A DNA stretch of 64,000 nt from Selaginella moellendorffii (Eukaryota; Plantae; Lycopodiophyta). A program made the position numbers and the translations under genes. The stretch spans positions 982,416 through 1,046,415 of the forward strand of contig NW_003314294.1 in assembly GCF_000143415.4 (NCBI RefSeq), written 5' to 3'. This document shows, in pieces, positions 10,808 to 22,228 of this stretch (position 1 is the stretch's first letter; every line of letters starts with the position of its first letter). The notes under the pieces are model-generated. The model saw only the letters and a list, made by a program, of their open reading frames with translations. It did no database searches and had not been told where the DNA came from.

Positions 10808-13309
10808 CTAGGGTTCTTGACGATAGGAGAATGTGGTGCCATCGCCATCCACGGCGATGCTGAGAATCCCCGGCGCCTGGACATCGAAATGGAAGTTAAG
10901 TGGCGGCGGCTCGATCTCCTCCTCGCTCTCCAGCATTCGCACCACTGCATCCATCGTAGGTCTAGTTGCTGGATCTTCTTGCACACACCAAAACGCTGCG
11001 TGGATCAAATTCTTCGCCTTTGCCGCGTCGGCCGACGCTCGGATGCTCGGATCCACCACTTCCATCGCATTCCCTCTCTGGACTTCCCTCATGGCCCAGG
11101 CCGGGAAGTACGTGTCGACCTTGGAGCAATCCAGGTTTCTCCTCCCGCCGATGAGCTCCAAGAGCACCATTCCATAGCTGTAGACGTCGCATTTCTTGGT
11201 CGCTGTGGAGTGCATGAGCCACTCCGGAGCTAGATATCCTGGAGTTCCTCTCACTCCGGTGAGAACTCCATTCTCATCTTTGTCCATGAGTAGCTTCGCC
11301 ATGCCAAAGTCCGCCACTTTGGCCTCAAACTTGTCACCCAGGAGGATGTTTTGTGGCTTGATATCCAAGTGGATGATCGAGTCTCTGGATTCCTCGTGCA
11401 AGTAGGCCAGCCCTCGAGCAGTGTCGAGAGCAATGCTGTGTCGAAGTTTCCAGTCCAGTTTGTTCTTGCTGTCCGAGAAGATCCATCTGTCCAAGGAGCC
11501 ATTGGGCATGAACTCGTAGACGAGCAGTCTGTGTGAAGCTTCGGCACAAAAGCCGTGAAGTTTGACGATGTTGATGTGGCTTATGCCTCCCAGGGCCTGG
11601 ACTTCTGCGATGAATTGTTTCTGTGCGTGTTGGGCGCTGAGTTTCTTCACAGCTAGCTTCATCTTGTTGTGAAGAACTCCCTCGTACACGGTGCTGTAGC
11701 CTCCTTGTCCCAGCACGGTTGTGAATCCTTTGGTGGCGGAGTAAAGGCCTCGGTATGAGAATTGGAAAGGTGACGCCTCCACACGGGTGAGAAAGCTGCT
11801 TACCTCTCTGAGTAAGACGTTTCTTCGATGCAGGGCAGCGAACATCACTGCGAGGATTGTAATAGCAATTGCAGCACTTCCAGAGGTAACTCCGATAACT
11901 ATATGCTTCGCAGTTTCTGATCTTGGATGGTCCACAGACACCAACCTGGAGTAGTTCTGGTACTTCAGAAAGCCCACCAGCTGGTTCGCCTTGGATGGAT
12001 CAAGTGTCAAGCTTCCCAGAACGTCTTCCACGTAGAAACAGTTTTGGAGTGCTCTGTCATAGAAGAATGCAGCGCAGCTGCAAGTGGATTTGCATTCCTC
12101 GAGGCATTCTTCCAACGGAGCACCTGTTCTATTCGGGGGATTGTAGCTGTCGGTGATGTATGAAGTGCCTGCCATGGTGACAAAATCGGTCTCATACCTG
12201 GTGCTGCAATTGTGAAGCGAGGACCATTCTGGCCTGGAGCATTTTTCAGGTACCGAGGTAGTGGAGTTGTTTGTTTCATTGGTGAAGCACTGACACTGCT
12301 TTCCTCTCTCAAACAGTCCGTAGCTCCCGCATGGAACCGGTTGCTGGAAATATTGATCTAAGGTCTCTAGCTGCCAGCTTCCATTGGCGAATTCTCGCCT
12401 GAAAGAAACGATGATTCCATCGTTTCCGAACTGGAAATACCTCATGGTAGTGTTTCCTGGGAATATTTTTCCGTTCCGGGAGGAGCCGCACGGCTGCTGG
12501 TTACCACCACTACTTACAGGTTCGTATGCCAAGCTGATTTCTCCTGCGGGTGATAAACTCACTGCTGTTCTAAATCCTGCGCAGTTTCCAGTGGCTGAGC
12601 TTAAACTCGTTCCGGTGAGGCTCCATAACAAGTACGGCTGTTTTGCCTTTGGAGGGTTGCGCATGTACGCTACCATTCCACTCGGCTCGACTTGTAGGAT
12701 AAACGGACCTTCGCTTGGATCTGAAGCGTCTTTGTTACTTACCAGGACCTGTCCCGTCACTAACTTTTGATTTGGCAGGAGTGCGTTACTCGGGTGATCG
12801 AAAAACTCCCATACGGTAATCCGAGATTCATTGTAAAGCTGCAAATTCCCCGAATTCTCGATGCCGATGAACGCAGTGCTTTGCTCTGAGGACCACGCGA
12901 TAGAACCATTCCTATCGAGCAGCTGCAACCGGCCATCCACTCGATTAAGCATGCAATTCTCAGTTACTGGAATGTCCCGGTTGGCTATCCAGACAGGGGC
13001 AGCTGTGGACGAATTGCGAGTGCCAAACATCAATGCCAGGTAATACTTGTTTGTTCCGTTGAAGTTCAAGAATGCTAAGCCAAAATTCTCGTTGTCGCTG
13101 AGCAGAAGTTCGCGTGTTCTTGGAGTCCTGCCTTCCGCGACCGCGCTTAGCAAACGATAGCTTCCGGACCTGCCATCACCTGGAAGTTCAGGGGCACTCT
13201 CATTGATGAAAGCTCTCCATCCGTCGGGTATCGGGTATAGCTTTCCTTTACATCTTACAATTAACAACGCAAGTCGCAGGAGGAACAACGCAACCACTTG
13301 TTGCTTCAT
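10808..13309 (-). CDS. G-type (bulb) lectin S-domain receptor-like kinase, non-RD, intronless
   Basis: Signal peptide MKQQVVALFLLRLALL, PVWIANRD lectin motif, EGF/PAN cysteines, TM helix, and kinase motifs GQGGYSTVY, HLDIKPQN, DFG, GTPGYLAPEW. Confidence 0.93.
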   Translation of the reverse strand: MKQQVVALFLLRLALLIVRCKGKLYPIPDGWRAFINESAPELPGDGRSGSYRLLSAVAEGRTPRTRELLLSDNENFGLAFLNFNGTNKYYLALMFGTRNSSTAAPVWIANRDIPVTENCMLNRVDGRLQLLDRNGSIAWSSEQSTAFIGIENSGNLQLYNESRITVWEFFDHPSNALLPNQKLVTGQVLVSNKDASDPSEGPFILQVEPSGMVAYMRNPPKAKQPYLLWSLTGTSLSSATGNCAGFRTAVSLSPAGEISLAYEPVSSGGNQQPCGSSRNGKIFPGNTTMRYFQFGNDGIIVSFRREFANGSWQLETLDQYFQQPVPCGSYGLFERGKQCQCFTNETNNSTTSVPEKCSRPEWSSLHNCSTRYETDFVTMAGTSYITDSYNPPNRTGAPLEECLEECKSTCSCAAFFYDRALQNCFYVEDVLGSLTLDPSKANQLVGFLKYQNYSRLVSVDHPRSETAKHIVIGVTSGSAAIAITILAVMFAALHRRNVLLREVSSFLTRVEASPFQFSYRGLYSATKGFTTVLGQGGYSTVYEGVLHNKMKLAVKKLSAQHAQKQFIAEVQALGGISHINIVKLHGFCAEASHRLLVYEFMPNGSLDRWIFSDSKNKLDWKLRHSIALDTARGLAYLHEESRDSIIHLDIKPQNILLGDKFEAKVADFGMAKLLMDKDENGVLTGVRGTPGYLAPEWLMHSTATKKCDVYSYGMVLLELIGGRRNLDCSKVDTYFPAWAMREVQRGNAMEVVDPSIRASADAAKAKNLIHAAFWCVQEDPATRPTMDAVVRMLESEEEIEPPPLNFHFDVQAPGILSIAVDGDGTTFSYRQEP

Positions 13310-13395
13310 GAGGAGACCCTCTCTGGATCCTTTTTCTGGATAGGGAACACACGTTCTCCGCTTGCAAGGCAAAACGAAGCTCGGTAGTAGCGTGG

Positions 13396-13694
13396 CTAGA
13401 CTTGACTGGAAGGAGACGAAGCAGTGTGAGTTTGAATTGCTTTTTTTTTGACTGACTGGAAGCATGAATAATGTGACAACCCGTGAGTGACTGATAGACC
13501 TTGTTTATAGCAATTCAGATTTCATGTATCAGCTAATTTAGCTTCGTCTGTGCAGGGATTGCTGGCACAAAGTAGAGGATCCGCTTGAAACACATCGTGT
13601 CATGTTTTTCTTCTGCAATTTCTGTCCTGTCCAGACTTTCAGGAACTAGACTTGACTGGAAGTGAGGCTGTTTCTTTCGGGCTTCGGATTGACT
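13396..13694. promoter_or_regulatory. W-box (TTGACT) cluster with a 17-bp direct repeat in the bidirectional RLK promoter
   Basis: CTAGACTTGACTGGAAG at 13396-13412 and 13646-13662. Further TTGACT at 13448 and 13689. Confidence 0.6.
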
Positions 13695-13766
13695 AAGTGG
13701 AAGGAGAAGAAGCAGAATCAACGTACAGCTCTAGCAAATCAACAGAGCCCTCTGCAGATGTGCGCA

Positions 13767-16304
13767 ATGAAGCTGCTTATTGTCTCAGTCTTCCTGGTGT
13801 GGATGATTTCTATACTTGCGCACGGAACCAAGTATCATCTGCCACAAGGGTGGGAAGTAGTAAACAACAACAGGCTGCCAGAATTCACAGCATCCCAAGG
13901 CAACGCGAGCTATCGGCTGCTCCAAGCGGGCAACACATCCCTCGTAAGTCAGGATGGGAGATTTGCTTTATCCTTCTTCCGATTCAATGACTCGCCCAGG
14001 TACTACTTTGCATTAGTCTTTGGTGCCAGCAATTATACGAGCAACTCAGCATCAGGTGTCTGTGTTTGGAGTGCAAACCGGGACAATCCTGTTTCTGAAA
14101 ATGCGACTCTTCAACTCTCGGATCAAGGTCTGTTGCAAGTTATGGATTCAGATGGAAGAGTGGTCTGGAATTCTCCCCGTGGAGTTTCTGGGATAGAGGT
14201 TCAAGACAGTGGGAACGTCGTTCTCTACGACTCCACAGGTGGTGTCTCCTGGCAGAGTTTCGATCATCCCACAGATGTTCTCTTGGAGGGACAGGTTATA
14301 GTTACGGGACAGAGCCTCGTGAGCAGCAGCAGTTCATCGAGCCTGTCAAGTGGGAGCATGAAGATGGAAGTTGTGGCAAGCGGTCTTATTTTCTTGCTGG
14401 AGCTTGATACCGTGCAGCCTTACCTGGTTTGGAACATGTGGAATGGTAACTTGCCGTCGGACGTGACATCGATCAACACGTCGTGCCCGTCTTATCGAAT
14501 AGCTCTCCATTATTCTGCTGGAAGTGTACAAGGGAGATACCAGGCAACAAGAAACAACACCAGTGATCAGCCATGCGGGCCTCCCACCGCCGCAGTACTT
14601 GGAAACTATAGCAGCACTGACTTACACTATCTCAAACTTGACATCGATGGAAAGCTGATTCCTTACATCTATAACTTTGGACGAGCTTCGTGGGAATCCG
14701 GCCAGCCTTTCATGAGCAACATATTTGGATCCTGCCTCCCGATGACGTGCGAGTCACACAGTGTTTGCGCCGGAAGCTCTCAGTGCAGCTGTATAGTCCA
14801 AGGCCAGGATGGGGATCAGGAGCAAACTTGCCCGAGTCCGAGCGACATACCTCTCGTGTGCAACCACGAAGTCGAGGCTGAGAACCACCATTTTTTCAAC
14901 GTGACTGGAGCAGGCTACTTCTCCAACAATTACACCAAGGCCGACAGAGTTTCCACCTTGAGCGATTGTTGGAACTTGTGCCTATCGAATTGCTCCTGCA
15001 GCGCACTCTTTTACAACAAGCAGGCAAGCACCTGTTTTTTCGTCGACCGGATGTATGGAGGCCTCACCAGAGATCCAAACTTCGATGGTTTCCTCAAGCT
15101 ACAAAACGCAGAGCTTTTTGTGCGGGAGGGGCCCAAGGATCGCACACTTTTGCTTGGAGTGAGCATTGCTGCCGGCTTTGTTCTGCTATTAACCTTGGGC
15201 TTGGTCGCGCTGAGAATCTGGAAGCACAAACTCGACAAGGACGCAAGAACTTTGTCTCTGGCACTGCAAGGCTCGGCTCAGAAGTACGCTTACAGGGAGC
15301 TTGAGGTGGCGACTGCGAGCTTCTCGTCAAGCGTTGGAAAAGGTGGCTATGGAACTGTGTTTAAAGGGACGCTGGCAGACGGTAGACAGGTGGCAGTCAA
15401 GCGTCTGGAAGATCCCAAGCACAGTGAGAAGGGATTTATCGCAGAGATGGCCTCGCTGGGACGGATTAGCCACCACAACGTCGTCCAACTCTATGGCTTT
15501 TGCTCCGAGAAGAACCAGCTCATACTCGTCTACGAGTTTATGGCAAACGGATCCTTGGATAAGTGGCTGTTTGAGGATGGCTGCCTGGGATGGGAGATAC
15601 GCCGGAGTATTGCTCTTGGATTGGCTCGAGGTCTGGCTTACTTGCACGAGGAATCGCGGCAGCTTATCATCCATCTCGACATCAAGCCCGACAACGTTCT
15701 TCTCGACGATAAGTTTTGTCCCAAGCTCGCAGATTTTGGCTTGGCAAAGCTGGCCAAGAGCCGGGACGCAAGCCAGACCGTGACTGATGTTCGAGGAACT
15801 CCAGGATATCTTGCCCCGGAGTGGCTCTTAAACTCGGCAGCGACGAAGAAATGCGACGTCTACAGCTATGGCATGGTGCTGCTGGAGCTCATAGGTGGGC
15901 GAAGGAACCTCTCCAAGCGTTTTATCTTCGGCAGTGGCGGGCACGACGATCGCTCCATGGACGAGGAAGAACGGGCTTTGTGGTGGTACTTCCCGGCCTG
16001 GGTCGTGGCTCTAGCGAGAAAAGGGGAGTTTCTCCGGGTTGCGGACGCGAAGATCCGAGACACTGTGGAGGAGGATCAAGTGAGAAAGCTCGTCCAGGTC
16101 GCGCTGTGGTGTATCCAGGATGATCCAAGGAGAAGGCCGTCGATGGATGCAGTCGTCCAGATGCTGGAAGGCCGGAGGGAGATTTCGGAGCCGCCACTCT
16201 CCTTCCGGTTTGCGTTGAAATCTCCGGGAGTTCTTCGATTTGCTTCCACTGCTTCCATGGGCGTAAGCGTGGCGGTACCGACTGAGCTCTCAGGCCCAAG
16301 GTAG
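13767..16304 (+). CDS. G-type lectin S-domain receptor-like kinase, non-RD, intronless
   Basis: Signal peptide MKLLIVSVFLVWMISILA, VWSANRDNPV, WQSFDHPTD, PAN motif CLSNCSCSA, TM helix, HLDIKPDN, DFG, GTPGYLAPEW. Confidence 0.93.
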   Translation: MKLLIVSVFLVWMISILAHGTKYHLPQGWEVVNNNRLPEFTASQGNASYRLLQAGNTSLVSQDGRFALSFFRFNDSPRYYFALVFGASNYTSNSASGVCVWSANRDNPVSENATLQLSDQGLLQVMDSDGRVVWNSPRGVSGIEVQDSGNVVLYDSTGGVSWQSFDHPTDVLLEGQVIVTGQSLVSSSSSSSLSSGSMKMEVVASGLIFLLELDTVQPYLVWNMWNGNLPSDVTSINTSCPSYRIALHYSAGSVQGRYQATRNNTSDQPCGPPTAAVLGNYSSTDLHYLKLDIDGKLIPYIYNFGRASWESGQPFMSNIFGSCLPMTCESHSVCAGSSQCSCIVQGQDGDQEQTCPSPSDIPLVCNHEVEAENHHFFNVTGAGYFSNNYTKADRVSTLSDCWNLCLSNCSCSALFYNKQASTCFFVDRMYGGLTRDPNFDGFLKLQNAELFVREGPKDRTLLLGVSIAAGFVLLLTLGLVALRIWKHKLDKDARTLSLALQGSAQKYAYRELEVATASFSSSVGKGGYGTVFKGTLADGRQVAVKRLEDPKHSEKGFIAEMASLGRISHHNVVQLYGFCSEKNQLILVYEFMANGSLDKWLFEDGCLGWEIRRSIALGLARGLAYLHEESRQLIIHLDIKPDNVLLDDKFCPKLADFGLAKLAKSRDASQTVTDVRGTPGYLAPEWLLNSAATKKCDVYSYGMVLLELIGGRRNLSKRFIFGSGGHDDRSMDEEERALWWYFPAWVVALARKGEFLRVADAKIRDTVEEDQVRKLVQVALWCIQDDPRRRPSMDAVVQMLEGRREISEPPLSFRFALKSPGVLRFASTASMGVSVAVPTELSGPR

Positions 16305-16420
16305 CAAAATTTGAACGAGTGGATATGCCTGGAATATGCGAATTTTAAACTTCTATACCGAGCTAGAATATTCTTAGATAAAGAGTTGGCATATGCTCTT
16401 TTCTAGGGTTTGTGGAAGCT

Positions 16421-17613
16421 ATGGGCAGGGAGGTCTCGACGAGCACTGGATTGCGCTGCTCCGCGCTGGACGCCATCGCCGATCGCCTTAGCGCCTTGCC
16501 GGAGCTCTACCTTCCGCATTCGTCCTTCGCCGGGCGCGCGGATCAACAGGTGAGCCAGCAGGAGAAGAAGGATCATCTCGTCTCGCTGCTCCACAGGGAC
16601 GCGGCTATCTTCCTCGGTGAGTCAAGAATCTCTTGCGATCTTCGATGGAATTCGTGTTGATTTCCTTGTTCTCCTTGCAGAGCGCTATGGGAGCCGGCTC
16701 TTGCTGTCGGAGCTCACAGAGTTTGAGTGTCTCAAGGAGGATTACGAGGTGAATTGGCACCTCAAGAAGCTCAGGGCGGCCAAGAATCCATCGCCCGGCG
16801 AGCAGCGATCCAGGGCCGCGGCAGTGAAGAACCGGCGGCTTGCGTTCCTGGAGCAGCTTGTGGAGGATGGCAACTATTTCTCCGAGGAGGAGATGAGGAT
16901 GCGGTGCCCGTTGCTCCATCACGAGTACGTTGGCCAGTTCCAGGAGCCGTCTATCTGGGCCTTCTCGCGGCGCGGGGACAAGATGGCGGACATTCTCATC
17001 AGGCAGTCCGAGGAGGCTTTCATCCAGCGCAAGATGGAAGAGGAGCGCAAGAAAATCCTGGAAGTGGAAGAAGAGGAGGAAGAAGAGGAAGAAGATGAAG
17101 AAGACGAGGAAGATGAAGGAAAAACAAAAGATGGCGAGCAGCACAAAAATGAAGAGGTGAGTTTTCCATGGTTTTAGCTCCTCGGGAAGAACTCTCTTCG
17201 ATTTTTTCTTCTAGATTACTGACGGCCTTGCTTGGAATGTGTTGCAGTCATACACTTCCGAGGTTAATGCCTTGTGTTGCTTGCAGCTCTCTGACGATGC
17301 CGGGACTTCAAACCAAAGGCAAGCAGTGCCATCGCCACTGCCACCGTCCAGCGACGATCGGCTTCAAGCGTTCTCTCAGGAGATGATGGCCAAGTTCCTC
17401 GCTGCTGAGGACAAGAACAAGCTCTCGCCGGAGGAGCTTCAATGTAAGCTGGATGACTTTACCCGCGTGATGCAGGAGAAGTTCCTGAGCGGTGAAGACT
17501 CGGAGCACGTCGACTATGCTGTGATCGATGACAACGCTGCTCTGGACGATCACTGGCTCCGTGAGGTGTCTCACGAGGCCGAAGAGAAGTACTTCGAGGA
17601 GGAGGATCTCTGA
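16421..17613 (+). CDS. CCDC97-like (DUF2052) protein, multi-exon
   Basis: DAAIFLERYG, VKNRRLAFL...YFSEEEMRMRCPLLHHEYVG, an acidic tract, and MQEKFLSGEDSEHVDYAVIDDN...EAEEKYF. Confidence 0.85.
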
Positions 17614-17824
17614 TGAACAGGTTCTTTGAAGAGATTCTCGTGTACATAACTTAACTGGCAGCTTGTTCCTGTGTAACTCTTTTAGCGTGTTCTTTTGCAG
17701 CGCAGGTGCGCTGCGAAGTTGTGTATTAAGTTAAAAGAGATTGAATCTACAAGTAAGCTTTGTCATTACTTTCCTTGAGCAGTGTCACGCGCGCTTGTTT
17801 GTTTGTAAGCCACACAGCTTGGCT

Positions 17825-18588
17825 ATGGCGAGTCTCGCAATTGGACTCTTGCCACTGGTACCTCAGCACAAGCGTCGATTTGATCGGTTTCTTTCTCGTT
17901 CTGCAACAGCGAAAAGACTGCTGAAAGTCGCTGCGAGTTCCAGTAATTCCACTCCAAGTGAAAAGGTATCGTTTCTTCGATTTTCATAACATTCTGGCTG
18001 CTTCATAGAAGTTTTTCTACAGGGCATAGCAGTTACTCCGCAAAAAATCCGCGAGATTGTAAATTCGAGCTCCTTGGCAGCCGTGACATTGCTGCTTGGA
18101 TGGACTCAGGTAAAATTTTTGTAAGAAAATGTTAGTTCTAATTTTTCTACCCAGAGTGCGGGCATTGCTGGAGCGACCGGCAGAGATCTGGTCGATCGAG
18201 CGGCGTATCCAGAGTATAGTTTGGAACAATGGATTGTGATTCTCGTGGCGTGGGGCGGCGTCGCATTTTTCTACTTCATCTTCCTACCGGTAGGTACTTC
18301 ACTCTCACTCGAGAGAACTTACGCAAACCTTTCTTTTTTTCTTGGCAGCCAGTGATTTACGCTTATCTCCACACCAGATGGATGAAGCGCAACAAATACG
18401 AAGCGTTCTTCCAGTTCTTCATCGTCTTTTCTTTCTTCCCAGCGTAAGGACTTCGTTCTTCCTTTTGCCATCCATGTTTCTAATGAATTTTTGTGGAATC
18501 TCGTGCTTGTAGATTGCTTCTATGGGCTCCATTCATAAATTTGAGGCCTCTTCCCACCGATCCCACAAAGAAATACCCGTGGGAGTGA
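17825..18588 (+). CDS. ndhL: Chloroplast NDH complex subunit L (transit peptide + NdhL domain), multi-exon
   Basis: Spliced C-terminus IYAYLHTRWMKRNKYEAFFQFFIVFSFFPALLLWAPFINLRPLPTDPTKKYPWE*. Confidence 0.85.
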
Positions 18589-18679
18589 CGAGCCAAAAAG
18601 TGTAAGATAAGCTCTCTTTTTAGGGCAAAATAGGATATCTCAAAAGCCCTAAACAGGGAAGGCAAACAGGATATTCCAA

Positions 18680-19390
18680 ATGGAGCTGGGAGGGAATTTT
18701 AGGGCTAGAGCAATGCTGTTGGTGCGAGCTCATGCTCGCGCGGTAGCAGGGTATGGGCGATCGGGCAGCGGCAGCTTGTGGAATCGCCGGCGATGGAGCT
18801 CAGAAGCTCCGGCGGATCCAGCGCCGCCGCCTCCTGATAGATTGAATTTGGCGGAGGGCTTCGTCAAGGTGTGGGAAAATTTTGCGAGCAGCGTGCGGCT
18901 GATTTCTTGATGGTGAGATAGCTCCGGTTTCGTGCAGAGGATGCTAGAGATTGAGCGAGAGGATGGCAAGAAGCGGCTTCTTCGGCTCACTGTGGACAGT
19001 GGCGGATGCTCGGGGTTCCAGTATAACTTTAGCTTGGATGAGAAAGCCCAGTCGGACGATCGGTACGCTATGCTTTCTCTTTTCTTCTTTATAAAAACTT
19101 TGTGAGAGCATCGATTGCTGCCAGTGTTTTTGAGAAAGATGGTGCGACGCTGGTGGTGGATGGAATCTCTTTCGACTTTGTAAAAGGCTCTACGGTAGAT
19201 TTTACGGAAGAACTTATGCGCTCGTCGTTTATGGTATGCAAAATCTCTCGAGATCTTCCTCTTTCCGGTTTCCAGTTTGGTTTTCTCTTGATTTCCCTGA
19301 TTGCTGGATTGTTTCGATTGACAGGTTACGTCCAACCCCAACGCATCCGCTGGCTGCGGCTGTGGAGCTTCTTTCGTCCGTAAACCATAG
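18680..19390 (+). CDS. ISCA2: Mitochondrial Fe-S assembly protein IscA2 (HesB family), 4 exons; start may be 18713
   Basis: [58 protein letters not shown]. Confidence 0.9.
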
Positions 19391-20427
19391 ATGGTTCTAT
19401 AATAGAGAAAAAGGAAACGAATTTTGTCCCAGCATTGGTGGAGTCTGAGCACGCGTGTCGATAAGTTTGGAGATTTTTCTTTTCCTTCACTTTGGTTGGA
19501 CTGGATTGACAGTTTGACACTTCTGTGTTGTAGGAAAACTGTCTGGCTTAATGGCAGCAGTTTAGGTCCCCTGGCTGCGAAGCAAAGGCAAAAGCTTTTG
19601 CCAGATCTTGGAATGGGCTGGAAACAGCTGCGAGCGTCAAATCGAGCGCAGCAGCAGTGTCAGGCAAATTGGCCTGGATCACTCTCGAGAAACTTTGCGA
19701 GATCCAGAAAGATCCATGCCTTGATCACAGTAGGAATGCCTCCTTTTTCTCTATCACTCACTCACTTGAGGATTCCTGGCACATTGACCCAGGAAGAAAG
19801 AGAAGTTTTTGGAAGAAAGCGAGACAATAGAGGATGGGTTTGTCAGTTGGTGGCACCTACACGTAAGTACAAGAGTGTGACCATTCAATTCGATTCAATT
19901 CCAATCCACAAAGCAAAGATTTCTCCCCATTTTTCTTTTCATTGTCCTATGCTTGTCTGCCAAAGCCAAGCCTACTAACAAAAACAAAGAGCCCTAATTT
20001 TCAGCAACTGATAAACCCTAATGTTTTTGTCGCCCGCCAAACTAGCTAGCCGCTATGATGGCCGCAAGTGGCAGGCAGCAACGGTGCCACGTTTTAGCGC
20101 CCTCCCGGCCAATGAGGCTTTAGTGTTTGATATTGCGCATCCAATGGCCACTCGTTTAGATCTGCATTTCTGACACGTGTATGCGTATATGTATTAGATT
20201 GGCCTATGGCCATGCATGGGGCCAAATTCCATGGCCATGGCAACTAGCACATAGTCGCGAGCGTAGCTAGCCACAATTTGGTGAAGCGCGCTAGGGATTT
20301 TCTTTCTTTTGTGCTCGAGCGCTAGAGGAGTGGGAAATATTTTCCCTTTGGCTAGGTTTTCTCGCGGGGACGATCCGGCGCGCCTTGGTGGATTTCATGA
20401 GAAGCGCGCGCGATCTCGGCAGCGTCG

Positions 20428-22069
20428 ATGATGTCCAGCGCCTGGGGATATACGGATTTGAGCAGCGGAGGAGTGCCTTGGCCACAGGTGAGTCCGTGTG
20501 CTCGATTTTCTGTCCGAAATTTCGAGTCCTGGGAGTGAGATCGCAGTGCTTGACTGTCTTGGCAGACCGGAATCGCGGGCAATCGTTGCGATTGCGACAG
20601 CTTTGATTCTCTCGAGCGTGAGAGGAAGATTGGCGGCTGGGATGATGTCCCATACGGCACAGGAGGGGGGTCTTTCCCTGCAGCAAAGGAGGTGGTGGTG
20701 GATCAGGAATGTCCGTCGTGGCCTCTCCGGCTTTGCTCGACTACAACGCAAGGCTTCCAAGGTGGGATTGAGACGAGCAGGGAGTTCGAAGCACTCGTGT
20801 CAGTGCCGGAATCGTTGACAGCTCGATCGAGCTCCTCGAGCAGCAATGTTGCGAGCACGAGCGCTGCTCGCTTCGACTCGTTTCTAGACGAGAATGGCGA
20901 TGCCAGTGTGGCCTCAAGCTCTTGCCACTTTCCTTTGTCCGAGGAGTGCCTTGGACAAGCTCCCTCGTACAAAGAAGTGGCCGATGGCTGGGACGCTATC
21001 GGCTCCCTAGCCGACATGGACGATTTCCTGGGGTACGTAACTTTCTCGTTTTACTTACTCGTGAGTGATGAGTGACAAGCTTATTGCATGCAGACACAAT
21101 CCACCATTTGGGCAAGCCAACTCTTTGGAAGTCCAGAGCCAGATGATGCCGCCAGTGCCGAGAATCTCTCCCGAAAGTTGCAAAAAGAAGTTGGTGCGTG
21201 TTTTCCTACGTGCTGGTTTCTCAGTCGCGGGAATAACTATCTGCTTTGTTTTTTCCCAGACCTTCGAGCAGCCTATTCTTATCCAGCATGAGGCAACGTC
21301 TGCAAAAAGGTTGAAAACGCTATCGCCATGGATCTCTGGAAAGCCTTCACAAAGACATACGTTTCACCAGGAGTTTAACTCTCTGGCCTTGCCCGTCGTG
21401 GAGCCGCAGGGAACGGCGACCGCTAGCAGCATCGAGCACCTGCTTCTGCTCCAAAGGGCCATGAACTACAATGGCGCCATCCAAGCTTCCAACTCGGTGC
21501 TCGGTGGGGCATATAACTACGCGGCACCGCCTGCTTTTGGAGACGGCTCTCTGGAGGCCTCCGTACTCTACCAACTTGGGTGCACAATGTCCAAGGTACT
21601 AAACTTCCCTGATCTTGATGACGGAGGAGAGCATCCCGTTTTTTCTTCTTTTCGCTGTCACAGCTAGACGTCAGCACAAGGCTTTGCATCCGAAACGCTC
21701 TCTACCGTCTCGCCACGAGTGCCTGCCACAGAAGCGGAGACGAGGGCGCGAGCTCCATCGAATCTTCTGCCAAGAGGTACGTCCGGGGTATCGAAAGTTA
21801 ACGATCGGTACGACAGATGGTGTGCTCTGTTCGCCAGGCCCGGTGGCATTCCCTGCTTGGAGACATGCACGAATCCAATCGACCGCACGGTGGCAAGCCT
21901 GCTGTTTTACAAGCCGGAAGCAGACACTACTCAAGACGGGTCCGTGTCTCCACAGTCGACGGTGGTCTCATCAGAAGGCTCCTGGATCCAGCAGCCAGTG
22001 GCAATGGCAGGCGTCACACCGCAAGCCACACTTCCGCGCTGCGCTGGCTACTTCGCGCGAGGGGTTTAA
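20428..22069 (+). CDS. LNK: LNK (night light-inducible and clock-regulated) family protein, LNK1/2-like, multi-exon
   Basis: GWDAIGSLADMDDFL|HNPPFG motif, SVLYQLGCTMSK|LDVSTRLCIRNALYRLATSA and ETCTNPIDRTVASLLFYKP, the two conserved LNK C-terminal regions. Confidence 0.82.
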
Positions 22070-22228
22070 GGACACTCCGCGCGAGGGGTTTAAGGAGGGG
22101 GTGGCACACACAGGTCAAAGGAGAGGCGAAAGGAGTGGGGTAGAAAAACAAGGCGGGCCGCGCGGTGAATACATAGCAGGGGGGCCGGGGGTTCTGGGTT
22201 CAGGGTTTAGGGTTTATAGAGCTCGCGA

